Source of the DNA: an uncultured Flavipsychrobacter sp.
GTDB taxonomy: Bacteria; Bacteroidota; Bacteroidia; Chitinophagales; Chitinophagaceae
DNA length: 64,000 nucleotides
Assembly (NCBI GenBank): GCA_964601855.1
Contig: CAZRPA010000001.1
Location: 23,275 to 87,274, forward strand
Direction: 5' to 3'
Under the pieces are notes generated by a model. The model did not search any database. It worked only from the letters and a program-made list of their open reading frames with translations, and was not told where the DNA came from. Both the position numbers and the translations under genes were made by a program. This document shows, in pieces, positions 45,329 through 55,298 of this stretch (its first letter is position 1; each line of letters begins with the position of its first letter).

Positions 45329-45829
45329 TCAGAATTTCAGCAATTCTTCTACTTGAATATTTATAAGGTGCTGTGTTTCAGGCTTTATAATTTCGCTATT
45401 CAGGTTTATTTCTTCTTTTATTTTAGATAGCAGTATTTTGTTATAAAGTACATTTACCTTCATATAGTTCATAATAGCAGTCATATGTTCTGTGCCACGT
45501 AGGTTACCTGCTCTGCCATCAGATATGCCTACGAGTGCTGCTTTTTTGTACCACCAGCATTTTTTTATGTCGCTGTTGTCAATCATCATTTTCAGCACTC
45601 CAGGAAAGCTGGCATTGTATTCGGGCATTATAAACAAAAACTTAGTAGCAGGTATCAGGTATTTGCTTTCCAGCTCTTTCATTTCAGTACCTCGTTCCCA
45701 TACTTGTTTGTTCTCTAAAGACAGAATTTGAACATCTGTAGTATGTGTAGCTATTATATCGTAATATGCCCTAGCTGTGCGTAGGGTCATGCTGTCTTGT
45801 CTGTTAGTGCCTGCTATTATGGTTATCAT
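45329..45829 (-). CDS. NAD(P)H-dependent FMN reductase-like oxidoreductase
   Basis: ATG 45829 within ORF 45329-45940. MITIIAGTNRQDSMT and MPEYNASFPGVLK are typical of the FMN_red family. Confidence 0.8.
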   Translation of the reverse strand: MITIIAGTNRQDSMTLRTARAYYDIIATHTTDVQILSLENKQVWERGTEMKELESKYLIPATKFLFIMPEYNASFPGVLKMMIDNSDIKKCWWYKKAALVGISDGRAGNLRGTEHMTAIMNYMKVNVLYNKILLSKIKEEINLNSEIIKPETQHLINIQVEELLKF

Positions 45830-45980
45830 TTTCCTCTTTTCGTTGTCGTCTGTTGCGTGACAAAGGTGGCAACAATTTGTGGTTAATGAAAATGTATGTG
45901 CGTGAAGCAGGTCAATTTTGTAGCTATCACTGCATAGCAAAATGTTATAAACTAGTGTTAGTCAGTACTATCATAAACAC

Positions 45981-46007
45981 ATACAGCCACCTTAGGGGTG
46001 GCTGTAT
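45981..46007 (-). terminator. terminator hairpin downstream of ftsB-like gene
   Basis: 11-bp perfect stem ATACAGCCACC (45981-45991) / GGTGGCTGTAT (45997-46007) with a 5-nt loop, 20 nt beyond the stop at 46027. Confidence 0.6.
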
Positions 46008-46026
46008 ATACCGTAGTTTTATCGTT

Positions 46027-46338
46027 TTATTTTTCTATTACATACACATCTTCGCCTTCTTGTTTCATCCTGAAGTGCTCGCGGGCATATTGTTCCACCA
46101 TTTGCGGATTGTTAAGGTTGCCGTTGTTGTCACCAATTAGTGCAGTTTTCTCCGCATTCATTTTGCTTATTTCTTGCCTTAGGTAGCTAATGTTGTCTTT
46201 CACTCCGTTCAGTTCTTCCTGGCGTTGTTTCAGACTCATCCAGTCATTTTGGTCGAAGTACATAACCCAAGCCACAAAACAGATACCTACTATGAAGTAT
46301 TTGTTCATGAGTACTTTGGTTACTTTTTTAGTGTGCAT
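46027..46338 (-). CDS. septum formation initiator (FtsB/DivIC family)
   Basis: 103 aa. A single TM segment followed by a coiled coil (LKQRQEELNGVKDNISYLRQEISKMN). It lies directly downstream of eno, a commonly conserved arrangement. Confidence 0.75.
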   Translation of the reverse strand: MHTKKVTKVLMNKYFIVGICFVAWVMYFDQNDWMSLKQRQEELNGVKDNISYLRQEISKMNAEKTALIGDNNGNLNNPQMVEQYAREHFRMKQEGEDVYVIEK

Positions 46339-46351
46339 AAAGAGGTGCTAT

Positions 46352-47647
<1,296 letters not shown>

Positions 47648-47664
47648 TTATTTTGGTTGTGCTG

Positions 47665-47672
47665 CAAAAATA
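47665..47672 (-). promoter_or_regulatory. Bacteroidota -7 promoter box of eno
   Basis: The minus strand reads TATTTTTG, ending 23 nt upstream of ATG 47641. Confidence 0.45.
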
Positions 47673-47824
47673 TGTCTAATTGTATTAAGTAGTGAATAGA
47701 TAGTTGATTTTGAGGCGTATGTGTCTTACATCACATCAGCCATCGTTTTTGTTTGGGAATTATCACTTTGAATTTTGTGGTTAATGACGAATCATTCTTG
47801 ATTGTACACTTACCGCATCAAACA

Positions 47825-47854
47825 ATAAAGCCCCGACATACGTCAAGGCTTTAT
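47825..47854 (-). terminator. hairpin downstream of the T9SS cargo gene
   Basis: 8-bp perfect stem ATAAAGCC (47825-47832) / GGCTTTAT (47847-47854) with a 14-nt loop, followed on the minus strand by TGTTTG. Confidence 0.4.
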
Positions 47855-47873
47855 TATAAAATCAGTACCAGTT

Positions 47874-49292
47874 TTATTGTTTCATCCACCGTATTACTGC
47901 TACGGTATGGTCGTTGCTTATTCTTACTATGTACATACCTGCTGGGGTAGTAATGCCGTTTATCTGTACCGTAGATTGTCCTTTAGTCCAGCTATCGGTG
48001 GTTATAAGTTTGCCTGTAGCGTCTAGTATTGTCACATTCAAATTGCTGGTTACTGGTACATTAGCTACTAGTGTCAGCGAGCTATTGTTGGTTTGTGCTA
48101 TTTTGTATTCGCTGGCTGTGCCGTTTATGTTGGTTACGCTCAGTGGGTTGTAGATACTCACGCCTCTGCATCCTGCCGAATCTACAATGATGCCAAAAGC
48201 CCCCATAGTAGTATAGGTGTATGACGAACTGGTAGCGCCTGCTATGGGTGTAAGACCATTATACCACTGGTAGGCGGTGTATAGTGCTGGTACAGAAAGT
48301 GTAGTGCCTGTGAGGGTGATAGTAGGGCGGGGAGATGGGGTGATGCTTACGGCAGTACTAGCCGAATCTACTATTACTCCACCGCTATATAGGTATATTT
48401 TTACTGTTTGGTTGCCAGCATTGGGGAAACATACACTTGCTGGGCTGGTAGTAGCGGTAGCTATGGCAGCACCTGGACAGCTAAATTTGAAGCTATCAAC
48501 TGTACCTGTACTGGTATTGGTGAATGTGATGCAGCTATCCTCGCAGGCAGTAGTGGCACTGGCTGTCATAGATGCATCTATAACGGTGGTGGCTGGTGTG
48601 CGCAGCGACACACTATCTACAGCGAAAGAAGGGTCTGTACCCACGCCATCGTCATTGTTCACCCACCTGAACCCAATTTTTACATTGGCGTTATTGTTGG
48701 CAGATGATGGTAAGTTAATACCTGTTGAGTCCCATCTGCCCTGTCCGCTAGTGCAGGTTGTTGTTTTTGCTGGGGTCATTAGTAGGCTCCATGTGGTGCC
48801 ATTATCTGGTGAGTAATATACACTACCATCGTCTGTAGTGCCTTGACCGTTGAGTATGTAATAGAATTTCAGTCTGATGTTGTATTTGCCAGTACAGTTG
48901 ATAGTGGGCGACTGTGCTCTGCGGTCGGTTTGTGGACATGCTATTAAGCCACATAGCCCACCAGCATCATAAGATGCACCATTATCACCTATCAAACCAG
49001 GGTCTGAGCCTATGTGCAATGTAGCACCCAGCCCAAACGAAGAAGTGCAGGTACTGCCACACACACCTGCCAGTTGCCCTGCTTCTTGGCAGCTTACATA
49101 CCAGCGGTTGGGTTCGCTGCCTTCTGAGCCAGTTACGCTCAGTGTCCACGCACCATTAGGGCCCGAATAACTGGATACTTCTAGACCAGTAGTCGCACCA
49201 GTTTCAAAACTCTCTGTCCAGAAAACCTGAGCACTACCATTTAGTGCACTCAGTAGCAGCAATGAAGGAATAAGTGTTAATAGTTTTTTCAT
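47874..49292 (-). CDS. secreted protein with PKD-like domain and T9SS C-terminal sorting domain
   Basis: Signal peptide MKKLLTLIPSLLLLSALNGSAQ. Cys-rich N-terminal domain. PKD-like CEDSCITFTNTSTG. C-terminus ...VTILDATGKLI....GITTPAGMYIVRISNDHTVAVIRWMKQ is a T9SS CTD. Confidence 0.8.
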   Translation of the reverse strand: MKKLLTLIPSLLLLSALNGSAQVFWTESFETGATTGLEVSSYSGPNGAWTLSVTGSEGSEPNRWYVSCQEAGQLAGVCGSTCTSSFGLGATLHIGSDPGLIGDNGASYDAGGLCGLIACPQTDRRAQSPTINCTGKYNIRLKFYYILNGQGTTDDGSVYYSPDNGTTWSLLMTPAKTTTCTSGQGRWDSTGINLPSSANNNANVKIGFRWVNNDDGVGTDPSFAVDSVSLRTPATTVIDASMTASATTACEDSCITFTNTSTGTVDSFKFSCPGAAIATATTSPASVCFPNAGNQTVKIYLYSGGVIVDSASTAVSITPSPRPTITLTGTTLSVPALYTAYQWYNGLTPIAGATSSSYTYTTMGAFGIIVDSAGCRGVSIYNPLSVTNINGTASEYKIAQTNNSSLTLVANVPVTSNLNVTILDATGKLITTDSWTKGQSTVQINGITTPAGMYIVRISNDHTVAVIRWMKQ

Positions 49293-49379
49293 AATCTGGT
49301 ATTTTTATTTTAATAAATATACCAAACATTTTCAACTATACAACAGAAAATTGTCTATTTGTTAAATTTCTTTCACAAA

Positions 49380-50225
49380 TTACTTGCAATATTCATTGGA
49401 GAAGCTCTCGGCTTGCGGGTTTTTTAGCTTTGTTGCTACACGAAAATCTCCGCATCCACTATCTTTTTTGTTCATCTTGTTGTAATAAATACCTCTATAT
49501 ATAAACGATTGAGACCACATAGGGTCTAGTTGTATAGCTACTGAAAGGTCATCTACTGCAGCGCGGTAGTTTTTTAGTTCGCCATAGGCTACAGCACGGT
49601 TCACATAACCCATTATATGATTGGGCATTAGTTCTATTTCTTTCTCAAAATCACCTACCGCACCTGCAAAATCACCCATTTTAAACTTGCATGAGCCACG
49701 CATACTGTAAGCAAGATAAAAATCTGGTCGCAAACTTATAGCCTCATCAAAGTCGGCAATAGCAGCTTTGTAGTTTCCGGTACTTGATTCTTTACGTGCC
49801 TTAGAAAGGATAGCCATAAAGAAATCTTTTTTCAATGATATGGTTCTTTTTAGGTCTGCCATACTGCTCTTTTCGTCTCCTATCATCTCCTCTAGGTTCG
49901 ATTTGTTGAAGAAGCCCAGCGTAAATTCGGGTTTCAGTTCCACAGATTTGTTGAAGCAGTTCAGAGAGTTGGCAAAATCGCCTTGTAATTGATATATACC
50001 TCCTAGCTGGTAGTATGCACGCCAGTTGGTAGAGTCGGCTTTTATACACATCATATACTCCGCTATGGCACTATCTGGTTTGTCATTCAGCACATATTCA
50101 TTGCCACGGTAGTAGTGGTCCAGCGTGTCTGATGTAGCTAGTCTTGGTGGTTTGTCGGTGCCACAGCCTATTGCAATGAGCGAAGCAAGAGCCAGAGAAA
50201 GTATAGATTGTTGTAAGCGTGCCAT
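49380..50225 (-). CDS. TPR-repeat lipoprotein
   Basis: ORF 49380-50261. ATG 50225 gives the lipobox MARLQQSILSLALASLIAIGC (an alternative start is at 50261). Multiple TPR units (AYYQLGGIYQLQGDFANSLNCFNKSVEL, etc.). Confidence 0.75.
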   Translation of the reverse strand: MARLQQSILSLALASLIAIGCGTDKPPRLATSDTLDHYYRGNEYVLNDKPDSAIAEYMMCIKADSTNWRAYYQLGGIYQLQGDFANSLNCFNKSVELKPEFTLGFFNKSNLEEMIGDEKSSMADLKRTISLKKDFFMAILSKARKESSTGNYKAAIADFDEAISLRPDFYLAYSMRGSCKFKMGDFAGAVGDFEKEIELMPNHIMGYVNRAVAYGELKNYRAAVDDLSVAIQLDPMWSQSFIYRGIYYNKMNKKDSGCGDFRVATKLKNPQAESFSNEYCK

Positions 50226-50451
50226 TGATGATATTTTGCTGAAAAATAAACTCTTTTGCACAATAATTCAATAATCAATTTGAAGGACAGTCTGCGTTTT
50301 ACTTTTAGTTAATATTTTGCAATGGATTATTGCCCACTTCAAATTTTGCTGACATCAAGGTTTGTTAATGTTGCTATCTGCTGTTTTTAGTAATAGGTAG
50401 GTTTATATCTTTATAGCGCGAATAGTAAATAATCAACTAATTGGCACCGAT

Positions 50452-51618
50452 ATGATAGTAAAAAGACTTTTATGGGTAATGCTGTGTTTAGCTTTTGCAG
50501 TAAATGTATATGCTGGAGAAGTGGCATATTTCAACAAACCCTGGAAAGAAGTATTGGCTAAAGCCAAGGCTGAAAATAAATATATAGTAGTAGACTGCTA
50601 CACTGACTGGTGTGGCTGGTGCAAGGTGATGGATAAAGAAACCATGACCAATGATGAAGTAGTAGCAATGGTACAGCAAAACTACATAGCCGTAAAAATG
50701 GATATGGAACATGGCGAGGGTGTGAAAATGGCTATGAAATATCACGTTTCAGGTTTTCCTTCGTTTTTATACTTCAATCCTGAGGGGCGATATGTGTATC
50801 AGTCTGCTGGATACCAGAAGAAGGATGCTTTTTTGGCAGAACTAAAAAAGGTACTACAGCCATCAGAGCAGATATATGCTCCTGGTTTTACGGAAACGCT
50901 GGATATTGATTTTCCAGATTTTTACAAAAATGTGTTTGCAGAAAATGGCAAACGCACATTTCCTACCACTGATGAAGTGCAATCTTTTATGCGCATGCAG
51001 CGCGACCCACACTCTGAAGTGAGCTGGGCTGTAATATCTAAGTTTGATGTGGGTGATAAATACACGTACTATTTTCTGGCAAATGTGGAGCGGTATCGCA
51101 AAATCTTTGGCAAGGTGAGTGTAAACGATAAGCTCAATAACTTGATAGGTAAACAACTCTCTGAGGCTACTAAGGCAAAAAGCGATAGTGCATTTGAGGT
51201 AGTGTTGCAGATGGTGGGTGCCTACATGGGCGAAGAAGCAACAATGTCTAAAATATATTGCAGGTTATCTTATTTCAAAGAACTAAAAAGCTGGGAGCAA
51301 TACGCAAATGCAGCTAGTGACTACATTGACAAACAAGGTTTCAATAATACAGATTATGTAAATACAATAAGTTGGGATCTTTATGAGCATTGCGATAACC
51401 AGTCTTTACTGAAAAAGAGTGTGGGTTGGATGAAACAAGTTACCGATAAAGAGCCCACCTATGCCTATCTGGATACTTATGCAGCTCTTCTTTATAAGAC
51501 AGGCAATAGGAAAAAAGCTGAGAAGATAGCTATTGAAGCTATAGCTGCAGGTATAGTAGCCAAAGCGGATGTAACTGAAACAGAAGCGATGTTACATAAA
51601 ATTAGAAATTCCAAGTAA
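50452..51618 (+). CDS. thioredoxin-fold protein (WCGWC active site) with helical C-terminal domain
   Basis: Signal peptide. VDCYTDWCGWCKVMDKET matches the thioredoxin_7/DUF255-like CxxC motif. The C-terminal ~200 aa are TPR-like. Confidence 0.75.
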   Translation: MIVKRLLWVMLCLAFAVNVYAGEVAYFNKPWKEVLAKAKAENKYIVVDCYTDWCGWCKVMDKETMTNDEVVAMVQQNYIAVKMDMEHGEGVKMAMKYHVSGFPSFLYFNPEGRYVYQSAGYQKKDAFLAELKKVLQPSEQIYAPGFTETLDIDFPDFYKNVFAENGKRTFPTTDEVQSFMRMQRDPHSEVSWAVISKFDVGDKYTYYFLANVERYRKIFGKVSVNDKLNNLIGKQLSEATKAKSDSAFEVVLQMVGAYMGEEATMSKIYCRLSYFKELKSWEQYANAASDYIDKQGFNNTDYVNTISWDLYEHCDNQSLLKKSVGWMKQVTDKEPTYAYLDTYAALLYKTGNRKKAEKIAIEAIAAGIVAKADVTETEAMLHKIRNSK

Positions 51619-51649
51619 TAGCTCTTCCGTTTGAACTGAATTGACAAGA

Positions 51650-52300
51650 TCAAAATAGTAGGTGTAGCCCAAACTCAGTCATACTATTTAGCTTATCATC
51701 TGCCAGCGAAAACCTGACATCGTGGTAGTGATTTTGGTCCGGTACTACTATTACCTTCATGCGGGCAGCTTTGCCTGCTATCATACCATTCACTGAGTCT
51801 TCCAGCACCAAGCACTTGCCTGGGTGTGAGCCAAGGGTATTGGCACAATGCAGAAACACAGCAGGGTGAGGTTTGCCCAGATCTACTACGTCGGCAGATG
51901 TAACTACATCAAAGTAGTGTAGAATATCAAAATGTTGAATGAGTTCGTCTATCATTCTCTGAGGAGACGAGGACGCCAAACCTATTTTGTAATTATTGTC
52001 ACGTAGCAATTGTAGGGTGTTTTCTACTCCAGGCAATACGGTAGCATGTAGTTTTGATGCCGCAATAATTTCGTCTAGTATTTCATCGGCTACTGCTTTG
52101 GCAGATTTGCCACTCCATGGGTAATGTATAGCCCAGTGGTCTGTAACCTCATATATACGCAGACCTGTAGTTTCTTTAAATTGGGCAGGAGTTATATTGA
52201 TATTGTTGTTGTTGGCTACACGTAGCATACACTCACCCCAAAGAGGTTCAGTATCCAGTAACAACCCATCCATATCAAATATTACGGTATCTATTTTCAT
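51650..52300 (-). CDS. HAD-IA family hydrolase (sugar-phosphatase/beta-phosphoglucomutase-like)
   Basis: VIFDMDGLLLDTE, LASSS and LVLEDSVNG motifs. Confidence 0.85.
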   Translation of the reverse strand: MKIDTVIFDMDGLLLDTEPLWGECMLRVANNNNINITPAQFKETTGLRIYEVTDHWAIHYPWSGKSAKAVADEILDEIIAASKLHATVLPGVENTLQLLRDNNYKIGLASSSPQRMIDELIQHFDILHYFDVVTSADVVDLGKPHPAVFLHCANTLGSHPGKCLVLEDSVNGMIAGKAARMKVIVVPDQNHYHDVRFSLADDKLNSMTEFGLHLLF

Positions 52301-52321
52301 TCTATTTTGCAGTGTTTTCTA

Positions 52322-52822
52322 TCAAAAGTAGCCAAGATAGTGCTGTGCATGCGTGGTGTACTCAATGCTTACTTCGTCGCCCTCTTTAAGGCTGTAGTAA
52401 TACTCTTCAGATACTTCCATACTTATCTTCACTCTGGATGTGGTGTAAAAGTAATAAGCATTGTTGGATGCGTTGATTACTTTTTTGGTAATACAGCTAG
52501 TTTCTACTGTTTTAGTTTTGTCTGCTATGTCTTGTTGAATTTTGCGATGGTATAGCTTGTAACTGCTGTAGGTAGCAAAGGAGATAATACCCAGCAGCAC
52601 CGCTGTAGTGAAGAAGTAACGGATATAAGAAAAAGCATTGGGGGCGCCCTCGTAAGCTCTGTACCAAGATGTAATGTAGGGTAAAACAAAACTGATGAGC
52701 ATCAGTATTCTATATACAGCAAAGTATTGTTTTCTTTCCCTATGTTCTTTGTTAGTCAGCAACAACAGTTCAGCCTCAGTGAGGGGCTCTACATAGGTTC
52801 TGTTGGTGCTAAGATCGGTCAA
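52322..52822 (-). CDS. hypothetical membrane protein
   Basis: 166 aa with a TTG start and two TM segments. No family recognised. Confidence 0.45.
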   Translation of the reverse strand: MTDLSTNRTYVEPLTEAELLLLTNKEHRERKQYFAVYRILMLISFVLPYITSWYRAYEGAPNAFSYIRYFFTTAVLLGIISFATYSSYKLYHRKIQQDIADKTKTVETSCITKKVINASNNAYYFYTTSRVKISMEVSEEYYYSLKEGDEVSIEYTTHAQHYLGYF

Positions 52823-52993
52823 TATGCAGGTAATAGAAGTGTGTAGAACTTGTGTTTAATGTATCAAAAATACGCATTTAGTATCGTACAATTTTTCCAA
52901 ATCTATAGTAAACTGTTATTACTATTATTACATCAATTACTTTGCTTTTTCTCCGTTATATTTGTTCCAAAACACCGGTCAACAAGAATAGGA

Positions 52994-53782
52994 ATGAAGA
53001 TTAAAATGTATCAGGTAGATGCCTTTACACAAGAGCTTTTTGGTGGTAATCCTGCTGCTATTTGCCTGTTAGAGAAATGGCTTCCAGAGCGTAAAATGCA
53101 GGCTATAGCTGCCGAAAATAATCAGGCAGAAACAGCATTTATAGTAGCTGTAGAAGATGTGTATGACATCAGGTGGTTTACACCTGTTATAGAGGTGGAG
53201 CTATGTGGACATGCTACCTTGGCAGCAGCTCACGTTATTTTTAATCACCTTGACAGGACCGACAACGAAATTGAGTTTCGTTCTATACACAGCGGAGTGC
53301 TAAAGGTGACTAGAAATGGCAACATGCTAACGTTGGATTTTCCTACAGACACTTTTGTAAAAGTACCTACTCCCGCTAAACTCTCTAAAGCACTGGGTAT
53401 AGAACCCATGGAGACCTACAAAGGCAAAACAGATTTTATGGCGGTGTTGCCATCAGAGCAGCATGTACTCAACCTTCGTCCCGATTTTGATATTCTTTCT
53501 TCGCTCGATGTGAGGGGCGTTATAGTTACTGCCACTGGGTCTGCTACAGATTTTGTATCTCGGTTTTTTTCGCCAGTTTCTGGTATCAATGAAGATCCGG
53601 TAACTGGGTCGGCACACACAACGCTTACACCGTACTGGAGCAAAGAACTAGGCAAAACAGAAATGGTGGCTACACAGCTCTCGGCACGCAAAGGGAAACT
53701 ATGGTGTAAACAAAACGGCAACAGAGTAGCCATAAGTGGTCATGCTGTCACCTATCTCGAAGGTGAGATTCAAATGTCTTAA
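52994..53782 (+). CDS. PhzF family isomerase
   Basis: ATG 52994 in ORF 52850-53782. YQVDAFT...FGGNPAA, ETAF, CGHATLAAA and EDPVTGSAH. Confidence 0.88.
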   Translation: MKIKMYQVDAFTQELFGGNPAAICLLEKWLPERKMQAIAAENNQAETAFIVAVEDVYDIRWFTPVIEVELCGHATLAAAHVIFNHLDRTDNEIEFRSIHSGVLKVTRNGNMLTLDFPTDTFVKVPTPAKLSKALGIEPMETYKGKTDFMAVLPSEQHVLNLRPDFDILSSLDVRGVIVTATGSATDFVSRFFSPVSGINEDPVTGSAHTTLTPYWSKELGKTEMVATQLSARKGKLWCKQNGNRVAISGHAVTYLEGEIQMS

Positions 53783-53823
53783 TCTGCTAATTTGGCGTGA
53801 GTAAGTAGGGTAGTAAGCGGTAG

Positions 53824-54654
53824 CTATGCTTTGCCCATCACGTAGATGTTCTGCATAGTGGGTACTGGACTTCCACCTTCTTTTTCCAGTGATATAGCAA
53901 ATGCTTCGCCGCTGGTTACTTTCATATTTATCTTGCGTATGCTGGGTGTATTAGCCATATTATTGGGCAGCACGCCCATATCTACAGGTTTGCCGTTTTG
54001 TATGGCCCATACCTGGTATTGCATGCCAGGTGGGGGTGCTGGTAGCCCGTCTACAGATACGTAGGCTACTTGTTTTTCCTGACTCCAGTATAGTGTAGCT
54101 GCCATGGGATGCCCTTTTTGCATGGTGTGCATTACTATGGTTTTCATAGCAGTGTCTGCCATCATGTTTTTGGCTTTCTGGTATCCGTCTATCAGGCTTG
54201 TTAGTTGTAGCTGTTGTGTTTGTAGTGTATCTAGCTTTTGCAGCATTGCTACATTTTGCACTTCAGTTTTTTTATTGTTGTTCCACAGCATCATGTTTAT
54301 GGCTATGCTACCAGAAAGTGCAACCCATGTAGCTGCATACTTCCATGAAAATGGTTGTTTGTAATGTCTGGGCTGGAAAGGAATAGTTTTTTCAGCACTG
54401 CCAGCATTTGGGGTGGCTACTTGTTCTATTTTACCACCTGTTTCATGCCATATTTTGTCAGCAAAGTTGGCAGGTAAAGCAGGTGCCAATGATGCAGCGA
54501 ACACCAACATAGTTTTTTCTATCAGGGCAAGTTCATTTCTTAGGTCGGCATTAGCACTCAGCATCTCTGCCACATTCCCGGCTTCGTCGGGAGGTAGAGA
54601 ACCGAGGGCGTAAGCCTCTAAGTTGCCTGATTCTATGTATTCTTGTGTGTTCAC
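53824..54654 (-). CDS. anti-sigma factor (RskA-like)
   Basis: GTG start. N-terminal LEAYALGSLPPDE, a central TM segment and a C-terminal RskA pattern YQVWAIQNGKPVDMGVL. Confidence 0.8.
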   Translation of the reverse strand: MNTQEYIESGNLEAYALGSLPPDEAGNVAEMLSANADLRNELALIEKTMLVFAASLAPALPANFADKIWHETGGKIEQVATPNAGSAEKTIPFQPRHYKQPFSWKYAATWVALSGSIAINMMLWNNNKKTEVQNVAMLQKLDTLQTQQLQLTSLIDGYQKAKNMMADTAMKTIVMHTMQKGHPMAATLYWSQEKQVAYVSVDGLPAPPPGMQYQVWAIQNGKPVDMGVLPNNMANTPSIRKINMKVTSGEAFAISLEKEGGSPVPTMQNIYVMGKA

Positions 54655-54671
54655 TTTCTTTCTTAAATAAT

Positions 54672-55223
54672 TTATTTTACTGCATATATTTCTCGCAATT
54701 GTCCCATCGCACTTCTCATGCGCGTTTTTACTGTCCCAGATGGTATATTGAGTGTTTTTGATATTTCCTCTATCGTGTATCCGTTGAAGTAGGCAAGGTC
54801 TATAATGCTGGCATACTCTGGTTTCAGTTGGTTTACCATTTTACGAAGACCTATAGTGTCGGTAGGTACTTCAGTTTTACTGGTCTGCTCCAAATTATGT
54901 ACGACGTTTTCACCCGTTTGGATTTTACTTTTCATTATTTCCCCTTTCGACCTCGTTTTATCGATAGCGGAATTGCGAGCTATGTTGAGTAACCATGTGT
55001 ACAGGCGACCTTTATCAGGATTGTATTGTGCAATATTGTTCCATATTTTCACAAACACATCTTGCAGGACATCTTGGCTGGTTTGTTCGTCTTCTAGTAC
55101 CTTATAGATAACACCATACAATGCAGGTGCATAGTTGGTGTACAGATAATTGAATGCCTGTCTACTTTGCCCTTTCAGCAACTGTATCAGTTCTTCTTCG
55201 GTATATGTAGCTATGGCATTCAA
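54672..55223 (-). CDS. ECF-type RNA polymerase sigma-70 factor
   Basis: Region 2 (LQDVFVKIW...YNPDKGRLYTWLLNIARNSAIDKTR) and region 4 (IIDLAYFNGYTIEEISKTLNIPSGTVKTRMRSAM). Apparent TTG start. Confidence 0.88.
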   Translation of the reverse strand: MNAIATYTEEELIQLLKGQSRQAFNYLYTNYAPALYGVIYKVLEDEQTSQDVLQDVFVKIWNNIAQYNPDKGRLYTWLLNIARNSAIDKTRSKGEIMKSKIQTGENVVHNLEQTSKTEVPTDTIGLRKMVNQLKPEYASIIDLAYFNGYTIEEISKTLNIPSGTVKTRMRSAMGQLREIYAVK

Positions 55224-55298
55224 TGAGTAGCGTGACCTATTATTTTAAGTAGTGTTTTGGTCAAATGTAGGCAAGTTTCCTTTCTCTAGGTACATATG